Source of the DNA: an uncultured Eubacteriales bacterium
GTDB taxonomy: Bacteria; Bacillota; Clostridia; Christensenellales; Borkfalkiaceae
Direction: 5' to 3'
Assembly: GCA_902486425.1 (NCBI GenBank)
Contig: CABTOK010000009.1
Location: 42,194 to 106,193, forward strand
DNA length: 64,000 nucleotides
In this document: in pieces, positions 20,351 to 29,800 of the stretch
Numbering within the stretch: position 1 is the first letter of the stretch
How the letters are laid out: every line of letters begins with the position of its first letter
Program-made: the position numbers and the translations under genes
Notes under the pieces: model-generated
The model's input: only the letters and a program-made list of their open reading frames with translations
What the model was told of the DNA's origin: nothing
Databases searched by the model: none

Positions 20351-20379
20351 TTGACAAAGGAGCCGTGTTCTGATATAAT
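20351..20379 (+). promoter_or_regulatory. Perfect consensus extended-minus-10 sigma-70 promoter (TTGACA-17-TGaTATAAT) on the plus strand, divergent from the previous one
   Basis: TTGACA at 20351-20356, 17-nt spacer, TGATATAAT at 20371-20379. Confidence 0.7.
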
Positions 20380-20384
20380 AGAAA

Positions 20385-20481
20385 ATGGCGGGAAAAATCT
20401 AAAAATTACCGTAAAATCTTATAAAAAACGGCAAAAATGCACAAAAAACAGGCTCAAAAGGATATTTTTAGCCTGTTTTTT
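20385..20481 (+). ncRNA. Candidate small RNA of about 95 nt: consensus promoter followed by an intrinsic terminator
   Basis: Predicted TSS about 7 nt after the minus-10. Terminator hairpin AACAGGCT(15-nt loop)AGCCTGTT at 20447-20477 followed by TTTTTT. No ORF. Confidence 0.4.
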
Positions 20482-21242
20482 ATATTTTTTTACAAAATCG
20501 CAATTTATTAAATATTAAGTAATTGTTTAATAAAATTAAATTTACAGGGCAATTTTAAGCCGGAAAACATAAAAAATATTAAAAAAAGCAAAAAAATTAA
20601 AAAATATTTTTTTAAAAAAAATTTTAAATAAAAAATAAATTTTTCGAAATTTTTAAGTAAAATTAAGTTTCGGGTGTTAAAACAAATCTGAAAATAAAAA
20701 TCCGGTTTTATAAAGAACGAACTTATATCTTACCGATATATAACACCTGAATTTAATGATAATGATAGAACTATGAAAATAGATAATCAGGATTTTACTA
20801 TTTACTATAGTAAGGAGTGTCCTTATGCAGAATACGAAGTAAAAGAACTAAATGAATATTCCAAAAATAATAATGTTAAAATTAACTTTATAAAAATAGA
20901 TTCACCTGAAAAAGTAAAAATGCTTCCTGTGTATAAAAGCAAAATAAAACAACGCAGCTTCCATAGAGGAGCCGCGTTGTTTTTATCTTTTATATGAAGG
21001 GTTTGCTTTTATGTATTTGGCAATTATTTGGCGATATAGGTATAGGCGATATAGGTATATAAATATAATACCGTAATCTTTGCCGAAAAGTTGCCGGTTG
21101 TATAATTGTTTGCTTTAATGTATCGCCGGAACGGTGCCGTAACCGTTAAACAGATAAAAATATGTTTATAAGTTGCGGTTTCACTACCGACGGCATGACC
21201 GCAGTGAACCGCGATACCGTGTTTTTTGTTTAAATAGCAGTA

Positions 21243-23162
21243 TTATTCCGAAATAAGCTCTGCGATAAGGTCAGTCGTCTCGGTTGCGTTTTCCAAGGGA
21301 AGACCTTCGATTATACGCGCTTCGGCATAAAGGACGAGAGCGTATTTTTTAAGCTTTTCTTCGTCGGTTATAAGCGATTTAAGCTTTTCGTAAATCTTGT
21401 GGTTGCCGTTTATTTCGAGAACTTTTTGAGCTTTCACGCTGCCGTTCGAGTTGGGCATGGAGTTAAGGACTTTTTCCATTTCTACGGAAACGTCGCCTTC
21501 GGTCGAAATGCAGACGGGGTGAGAATCGGATCTTAAAGCAACCTTGACTTTTTCGACTTTGTCGCCAAGAGCGGATTTGAATACTTCGCAAATCTTTTTA
21601 GATTCTTCGGATTCGTCGGTTTCGCCGGCTATTCCGAGATCGGAATCGGATACCGAGCGGAATTCTTTTTCTCCGGAGCCTTTCATGAATTTAGCTGCAA
21701 ATTCGTCAACGTCGTCCGTAAAGCACAAAACGTCGTAACCCTTTGCCGTAACGGCTTCGACTCTCGGTAAAAGCTTGATCGCTTCGGCGGATTCGCCGGT
21801 TGCGTAGTAAATATATTTCTGATCTTCGGGCATAGCGGAAACGTATTCTTCGAGCGTGACGAATTTATCCTGTTTTACCGAGCGGTAAATGATAAGATCT
21901 TTAAGTTCGTCGGCTTTCGCTCCCCAGCTTTCGTAAATACCGAATTTAAGCTGCAAACCGAACGCTTTGAAGAACTTTTCATACTTTTCGCGGTCGTTTT
22001 TAAGCATATCGGCGAGTTCCGATTTAATTTTCTTTTCGATGCTGTTCGCAATGAGTTTAAGTCTTCTGTTATTCTGTACGGTTTCTCTCGAAACGTTAAG
22101 GTCGATGTCGCAGTCGACCAAACCTCTCATGAAGCCGAAACAGTCGGGGAGAAGGTCTTTACACGTTTCGGTTATCATAACGCCGTTGGTGTAGAGCCTT
22201 AAACCCTTTTCGAAATTCTTCGAGTAGTAATTTATGGGAGCTACCGCGGGGATAAAGAGAAGAGCCTTGAAGTCTACCGAGCCTTCCATAGAAGTATGGA
22301 TGACTTTAAGGGGATTTTCGTAATCGTAGAACATGTTTTTGTAGAATTCGTTATATTCGTCTTCGGTTATCTCTGACTTGTTTCTCTTCCACAAAGGAAC
22401 CATGCTGTTGACCGTTTCAACCGCTACCGTCTGCGTCGAACTCTTACCGTCTTCGGTCGGTGTAAAATGCGTAACCTGCATTTTTACGGGGTATTTTATA
22501 TAATCCGAATACTTTTTGATAAGGCTTTTAAGTTTGTATTCGGTAAGATAGTCGGAGTAGTTTTCTTCTTCGGAGTCCGGCTTTAAGTGAAGAATAACGT
22601 CGGTGCCGTTTCCTTCTTTTTCGGCGGGCTTTATATCGTATCCTTCCGCACCGGAACTCGTCCACAGATTGGCGGCGTCCGAGCCGTAAGCTTTAGATAA
22701 AACTTCAACCTTGTCCGCAACCATAAAAGCACTGTAAAAACCTACGCCGAACTGACCTATAATGCTTATATCGTCCGACTTTTCTTTATTTTCCGCCTTG
22801 AAATCCCTCGAACCGCTCTTTGCTATTACGCCGAGATTGTTTTCAAGATCTTCGGCTGTCATGCCGATACCGTTATCCGAAATCGTTATGGTACGTTTAT
22901 CCTTGTCGAAAGCAACGTTAATCGAAAAATCCGATCTGTTGAGACCGCTCGCTCCGCCGTTCAGACTTTTGAAGTACAATTTATCTATCGCGTCCGAAGC
23001 GTTTGAGAGAAGTTCTCTCATAAAAATTTCTTTATTGGTGTAGATGGAGTTTATCATCATATCCAAAACTTTTTGCGATTCCGCTTTAAACTTTTTCATA
23101 ATAATTCTCCCGTGATTTTTATTTGTATGAATATAGGCGCCGGATTCAAACGTTTTTTGCAC
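21243..23162 (-). CDS. htpG: Molecular chaperone HtpG (Hsp90)
   Basis: 639 aa. N-terminal GHKL ATPase motifs (RELLSNASDAIDK, ISDNGIGMT, GQFGVGFYS) with middle and C-terminal dimerisation domains. Confidence 0.9.
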   Translation of the reverse strand: MQKTFESGAYIHTNKNHGRIIMKKFKAESQKVLDMMINSIYTNKEIFMRELLSNASDAIDKLYFKSLNGGASGLNRSDFSINVAFDKDKRTITISDNGIGMTAEDLENNLGVIAKSGSRDFKAENKEKSDDISIIGQFGVGFYSAFMVADKVEVLSKAYGSDAANLWTSSGAEGYDIKPAEKEGNGTDVILHLKPDSEEENYSDYLTEYKLKSLIKKYSDYIKYPVKMQVTHFTPTEDGKSSTQTVAVETVNSMVPLWKRNKSEITEDEYNEFYKNMFYDYENPLKVIHTSMEGSVDFKALLFIPAVAPINYYSKNFEKGLRLYTNGVMITETCKDLLPDCFGFMRGLVDCDIDLNVSRETVQNNRRLKLIANSIEKKIKSELADMLKNDREKYEKFFKAFGLQLKFGIYESWGAKADELKDLIIYRSVKQDKFVTLEEYVSAMPEDQKYIYYATGESAEAIKLLPRVEAVTAKGYDVLCFTDDVDEFAAKFMKGSGEKEFRSVSDSDLGIAGETDESEESKKICEVFKSALGDKVEKVKVALRSDSHPVCISTEGDVSVEMEKVLNSMPNSNGSVKAQKVLEINGNHKIYEKLKSLITDEEKLKKYALVLYAEARIIEGLPLENATETTDLIAELISE

Positions 23163-23178
23163 TCGAAGTGCGTAAGTG

Positions 23179-23205
23179 TTAGCACTCTATATTCAAGACT
23201 GCTAA
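23179..23205. promoter_or_regulatory. CIRCE (HrcA operator) inverted repeat in the htpG leader
   Basis: TTAGCACTC-tatattcaa-GACTGCTAA matches the CIRCE consensus TTAGCACTC-N9-GAGTGCTAA at 17 of 18 positions. It sits 17 bp upstream of the htpG ATG and directly downstream of a minus-strand TTGACA-17-TATTAT promoter (plus 23207-23235). Confidence 0.65.
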
Positions 23206-23373
23206 TATAATAACTCTTGAAAATTCAGTTGTCAAGGTTTTTTTAAAATTTTTTTAATTTTTATAAAAAGCGATATTGAGGCTATTTTCTGCACACATGT
23301 ATGTTATCGGTACAAAATTAAAAATTACATCCCATAAAAATATGAAAATCTTGTCGAAATTTTTTTTGATAAG

Positions 23374-23403
23374 TTGACATCACTGTTAAAAACAATATAT
23401 AAT
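23374..23403 (+). promoter_or_regulatory. Strong distal sigma-70-like promoter (TTGACA-18-TATAAT) about 430 bp upstream of the giant lipoprotein gene
   Basis: TTGACA at 23374-23379 and TATAAT at 23398-23403. The leader it would produce contains a 9-bp-stem hairpin at about 23573-23600 with no U-tract. Confidence 0.35.
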
Positions 23404-23692
23404 AAATAATAATAAGGTATAGAATAAACGATATAAAGATACAACGGCGATCCGGTCGGAGTGTCGTAATCTTAACGCTAATGGTTGTTAAGGTATACGT
23501 ATATGCTTAATTTTTATTATCGTTTAAGAACGTTTTATCGTAAAATTACATATTAATACGAGTGACATAAATAACGGGCGGCTTTTTCGGCTGCCCGTTA
23601 CGCTTTGAACTTCTCCGCAATTTTTTCGATATTGTCAAGGTAAAAAATAAAAACCGGTAAAAATATTTTTTATAAAATATTTACAAAAATGA

Positions 23693-23723
23693 TTGACAAT
23701 TTTTGCGGGGGGGGGGGTATGAT
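23693..23723 (+). promoter_or_regulatory. Proximal promoter of the giant lipoprotein gene, with an 11-G homopolymer (23707-23717) inside a 19-nt minus-35/minus-10 spacer; candidate phase-variable switch
   Basis: TTGACA at 23693-23698, spacer ATTTTTGC plus G11, then TATGAT at 23718-23723. The ATG follows at 23808, preceded by GGAGGAAATAAAATG. Confidence 0.55.
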
Positions 23724-23807
23724 TTAAATGAGAGGTTAAAAAAAGGCAATATCTTCGGTATCGGCGGAGATATTACCTTAAAATTTATTTTTTATGGAGG
23801 AAATAAA

Positions 23808-26800
23808 ATGAAAAGAAAAGCGCGTTTGATTCTCTGCGTCCTTTTCGCCGTACTCGCGTCGGCTTCGATGCTTTTTGCCGCGTGCAACTTCGGCGACGGC
23901 GCGGCGGAATGCGAGCATCTCTACGGCGAATGGGAAATAACCGTTCCCGCAACCTGTTCGAAGGAAGGCGAACAAAAGAGAGTTTGCTCGAGATGCAACA
24001 ACGAAGAAACTATGCCGATCGCAAAAATCGCGCATACGATCGTTCACGTCGAAGGAAAGGCGGCGACATGCGACGAAGCCGGTTACAAAGCTTACGACAA
24101 ATGTTCCGTATGCGATTATACCGAGTGTTATGAAAAGATTCCCGCTCTCGGTCATAATTACGGCGAAGCGACTTACGCCTGGAGTAAATATTATTCGACG
24201 TGCGTCGCGACGAGAGTCTGCGTCAGAGATAATTTTCACGTCGATACCGAAAGAGTAACTGTTACCGCGACCGTCGTGCAGCAAAAAACCTGCACACAGG
24301 ACGAACTTACAAAGTATACGGCAACCTTTACGGGCGAACTCGGCTCGGACGAAAAGACGGTAGTTACCAAAAAAGCGGGACACGAACTTATAAACGTACC
24401 CGCAAAAGCCGCTACTTGCGAAAAGCCCGGTTACAAAGCTTACGTAAAGTGCGCAAACTGCGATTATACCGAAGACTATGAAGAATTGCCCGCTCTCGGT
24501 CATAACTACGGCGAAGTAGCCTACGTCTGGAACGCCGATTACACCGTATGTAAGGCGGAAAAGGTTTGTTCGAGAGACGCAAAGCACGTTCTCACCGCAA
24601 ACGGAACAATAACCGAAACCGTTGTACAGGAAAAAAATTGTACGCAGGACGAACTCACAAAGTATACAGCTACGTTCGAAAGCGGCTTCGCCCCGACCGA
24701 AAAGACGGTAACGACAAAGAAAGCGGGACACGATCTTACAGACGTTTCCGGCAAAGCCGCAACTTGTACCGAAACCGGTTACAAGGCGTATAAAAAATGT
24801 AAAAATTGCGACTATACCGAAGGTTATGAAGAGATACCCGTTCTCGGACACGATTATGATTACAGCGACGTGGTCTGGAACGACGATTACACAGCTTGTT
24901 CGGTAAACGTGGTCTGCAAAAACGACGGTGCGCATAACTTTACCGTAAACGGAACGGTTACTAAAAAGGTAACAAAAGAAGCGACGTGTACCGAAGACGG
25001 TGAAATAAAAATCACCGTAACGTTCGAAAAAGGCGTTCCCGCGGTTGAAAAGACGGTTGCTGTTCCCAAAAAAGGTCATAAGCTTACCCATTACGAAGCT
25101 ACTCCCGCAACTTGCGAAAAGGAAGGCAAAGAAGCTTACGATAAGTGCGCGAGCTGCGACTACACCGTCGGCGGAAACGCTATCCCGGCTCTCGGTCATA
25201 ACTACGGCGAAGTAACTTACGTCTGGAGTACGGACTACGCCGCATGCACGGCTACGAGAGTTTGTTCGAACGACGAAAGCCACGTTCTTACCGTAAACGG
25301 CACCGTAACGAAAACGGTTGTACAGGAAAAGACCTGTACTAAGGACGAAATTACTAAATACACCGCTGTATTCACGGGAGACATCGCTTCGGCAGAAAAG
25401 ACGGCAGTTACCGAAAACGCCGGACACGAACTCACCGTTATAGAAGGAAAAGCGGCGACCTGTGAAGAAGACGGTTACAAATCCTACAAAAAGTGCGGAA
25501 AATGCGATTATGCGGAAGAAAAAGAAGTTATTCCCGCGCTCGGACACAATTTCGGCAAGTATGAAAAATCTTCCGAAGTCGCTACCGGAAATGCTTGCGA
25601 ATACACCGTAACTCTCACCGCAAAATGCTCGCGCTGCGACAAGGCCGACAGCAAGACTTCGACCATATATAAGCACGAATACCGCGAAGAAATCGTAAAA
25701 GCGGCCACCTGTGCGGAAGAAGGCTTAAAACATAAAATCTGTAAAAACTGCGACGTAGTTTACGGCGAAAATTATTCTTACTCCGATCCCGAAGCCCACA
25801 GCTGGGACGAAGGAACGGTTAACGAAAAGGGATACGTCGTATACTCCTGCACGACTTGCGGCGCAACGAAAACGCAGACTTCGGTAACGACGAAGGACGA
25901 AGACGGAGCATATACCGCTACCGTAAAAGCGGAGTCCAAAAACGAAGTAAGCGAAATCAGAATTATAGAAACCGAGAACGAAAAGTCGACCACTACCGTA
26001 ATTTCGCTCGATCAGAATACGAGAAACGGCTTGAACGGAGACATCACGCTTTCCGCAAAGAGCTATAATAAAGAAGAACTCCCGAAACTCACGGAAGAAC
26101 TTAAAGAAAAGATCGGCGAATCCAGGATTTATAACTTCACCATGACTGCGGGCGGCGAAAGCGTTACCAATTTCAAAGGAAACGTTACTATAACCATCGA
26201 TCACACGCTCGCTCCCGGCGAAGATTCCGATAATATAGTCGTATGGTGGATAGCCGACGACGGAACCGTCGAATCTATAAAAGTTACTTATTCGGACGGA
26301 AAGGTTACGTTTACGACGACTCACTTTTCCTATTACGTTGTAGCTAAGACTACGGCGGCAGAAAAGTGTAAAGCCTTCGGACACGATTATCTTGTAACCG
26401 AATCCGAATCCGCAACTTGCGAAACCGCGGGTTATATTGTAAAGGTATGCTCGGTATGCGGCGATTCTACTGTAGAAACCATTCCCGCAAAGGGACATAA
26501 GGTCGGCGGCGACGGAAACTGCAAATTATGCGGCAAGCATATCACAGACAAAGTTCAGACCGGATTTACCGAAACGTTAAAGAGTCTTTTAGGCGGCGAA
26601 CTCACCGTAAAATTCAATAACGTCGAAATGGAAATGTGGGATTTTGCAGACCTTTCGCTTGACAGCAAATTCTTCATGAGCTTTGCGGAACTTTACATAG
26701 GAGTAACTGCGGACGGCGAAGTCAGCGTATACGGCTACGGCGTAGGTTACTATACCACGAAGGATTTACCCAAAGATACGTTCAGGTTTGAAGCGACTCT

Positions 26801-29800
26801 CGCTATCGACAGCGAAAACTTCTATCTTAAAGCCGATATCCCGATGATATCGTCGTCTTCGACGAGCGATTATCTCGGCAAGACCGAATGGTTCAAAGTA
26901 AACGGCATGAATCAGGTAATTCCGCTCTCTTCGATGGTGGGATCGGGCGTTTATCAGATGATGAACGGCGTTCTCCCGGAAACCGTAAAGTGGATGAAGA
27001 CGGAACTTATCCCCGCGATAGAAAACGTTATAGACCTTAACTATTCTGTGATAAATTCCGTTATAGAAACGTTTGTAGATAGCTTATTTACTTCGTCGGA
27101 AGCCGAAGGCAACACCGTTTACGCTCTCGACGCGGATAAACTTAAAGCGGTTGCCGAAGTATTGATAAACGGTTCCGTAAAAGACGTATTCGAATATTTT
27201 GCCGGCGAAGGTTCGTTTGAGGCCTTTACCGCAGAACTCAAAAAACTCCTTGATATGCCTTTCGGCAAAATGCTTGAAAATGCGAAAGAAAAAGGCATTA
27301 ACATAAAAGCGGCTCTTGCAAGCGTAAACGGATTGCTTGCAAAATTCGTACCCGAAGGACAGGAAGCGCAGGCGGATATAGTAGCTATTATTTCCAATAT
27401 GTCTACCAAAGGGCAGATGACGATGACTACCGCAGAGCTTCTGGATCAGCTCGAATCGGAAGACTTCAAGTCGATGACTCTCGTAGACGTTATCAATATG
27501 ATGTCGAATAGCGGAAACGGCGGCTCCGGCGGCTCGGATAGCGAAGGAAACGTAACGGGCGGAAACGAAGGCAAAGGTAATGAAGAAAAGACGGAAAAAT
27601 ATGCTGCGGACGAATGCGTAAACGAAACTACCGAACAGCCGGCCGAGACGAAAATGACTTCGGACGATATAATAAACGGCTTGAAAGGCACCGCGGAAAT
27701 GGGTATTGTCGAAATAATACTCAACTTTAAAGGACAGCGCCCCGAAGCGGATCAGCTCGCCGAAATGAAGAAAAATTATCTTTCTACGGCGAATCAGATG
27801 ATCGACGTTATTACTTCTATAGCAAACGTTTCGTTTACTCTTAACGGGACGGGCGAATTTGTAAAAGCGGACGTAGACACTTCGATAAATCTTGCGAACT
27901 TCATTCCCGAACAGTCTTTAAGAAGCGTCGGCATCACGAGCATAACGGGCAAAATAAGCGTTGTAAAAGGTAAAGAACTTACTCAGGATTACGCTTCGTT
28001 CCTTAAAGAAGTTGTAGCCGAATCCGAAAAGGTAAGCTCGCTTATAACGGACGTCATAAAAGATTATTTTAAGGGCAGCGAATACGAAATCGTTTATAAT
28101 CAGCAAGGCTACGTCGATTATGTCGAAAAAACGTATTATAAAGAAGAAAATTTAGACGCAGGTTGCTTCAAGGAAGAAACGAGCCTTATGGTTCTTCTCG
28201 CAGCGATGAATCGTTGCGGCGCGGAATACGGAGCGGAAAGATACGTCGAACTTTACAAACAGTACGGCGAAAAGCTCAATATTTCGTTCAGAAAGGTTTC
28301 CGAAAACGAACTTACCGAAAGACTTTATTTCGGCAGCGGCGTCGGCGGATATATGTATTCGTTCAAAAAGACCTGCGGCAACAAATATTCGGTATCGCTC
28401 AATACTTCGACTCGCGGACCGATATCTGCTTTCGGCAGCAGCTCGGAAAACAACAATAATAATGAATATTATTACAATCTTACAGTAACTTTGAGCGTGG
28501 ACGATACAGCCAATAACAGACCTTCGGATATTGTTTATACCGCTTCGATGAGAGAGATTAACAGCATTCTCGGATATGAAGATACCGCGGATAACATAAT
28601 TCAGAGTATCATCGCCATGATGACTTCGGAAAGCGGCACCCAGATAACCGACGAAAACAGAAACGAGATCGAATCCGCAATCCGCATGAGAATAAACGAA
28701 GTATCGGATGTCGTAAGAAGAAACGCTACGTTCTATAATTACAATAACTTCTATTATAACGGCTATAGTTACTTCCCTTCGTTTACGGTAAATGCGGATA
28801 ACGGTTCTTACGTAGTTGAAGAAAGCGGTAACGATTACAGAATCTGCCACAACGACGTACTTGTAAAAGAAGATTCGCACACTCCCGAAAATTGTACCGA
28901 CTGGGGCTGGAAGTCCTATAAATGCGTCGCCTGCGGAGAAGTGTTCGTTAAGTATTACAGAACGGGACACAAGCACGTAACGAGCGAAGTAGTGTTCGAC
29001 GATCCCGAAAACCCGAACTGTACGACGGGCGTAACGGTAACTTATACATGTACGGACTGCAATCAGGTAATCTATATCGACAGATCGCAAGGCGGCGGAC
29101 ACGTATATCTTTATCAGAACGACGCGTTTGAAGATATGGGCCTTCCGGAAGCCGGACATAGGCACGTAACGGGAACTCTTACCTGCGTATGCGGCAAAAT
29201 GAACGGCGGATACAACAGTTCGTTTGAAAACATCTACGGATATTATGAAAAGAGCGAAGACGGAACAAAGACTTTTGTCTCCGGAGACGTATACCTTTGC
29301 CGCGAGTGCGATTTAGGCTTTGTTCTTACTGCGGACGTAAAACCGGGTACCGAAAAATGTACTTATATCATAACTCCGACTTATAAGCTCATGCAGCTCG
29401 TTTACGAAACCGAAATCGGAAAGGAAGATTATAAAGAAGTTTATGAAGCTTATATAAGCTTGCTCGAAGCTAAGGTCAGCGAAATCAATAAGGAAATCGA
29501 AAACGGCACATACGACGGTATTGACGATTTCTCGGGACGTCTTGAAGAAGCGAGAGCTCGCTACGCAGAAGCGCAGAATAGAGTAAACAGCTCTTCCGAC
29601 GCGCGTAACGTATACAGAGAAGCTTTGCGTATGTGGGCAGAAGTTAAAGATACTCTCGGAACCGGGCAGTACGAAAAGTTTGCCGAAAAGGCTTATCCCG
29701 TTCTTAAAGCTAATTACGGCGTAAAGGTCGGCGAACCTTATACTTATGAAAGACACGGTTCTGTCAGCGAAAGATACGAGCTCATCGGCAAGACCTGCGA

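Noticed and set aside
20773-20997. 74-aa ORF with CPYAEY (thioredoxin-like?) in the AT-rich island
   Set aside because: No credible RBS at the annotated start. About 75% A+T codons. It reads through a terminator-like hairpin. The perfect SD inside it serves a 5-codon mini-ORF instead.
23778-25676. 632-aa antisense ORF, plus further long antisense ORFs at 25725-26498, 28152-29165 and 29313-30173, inside the giant lipoprotein gene
   Set aside because: They are open only because of the repetitive, low-stop composition of the sense gene. The products are Arg/Phe-rich nonsense with no RBS.
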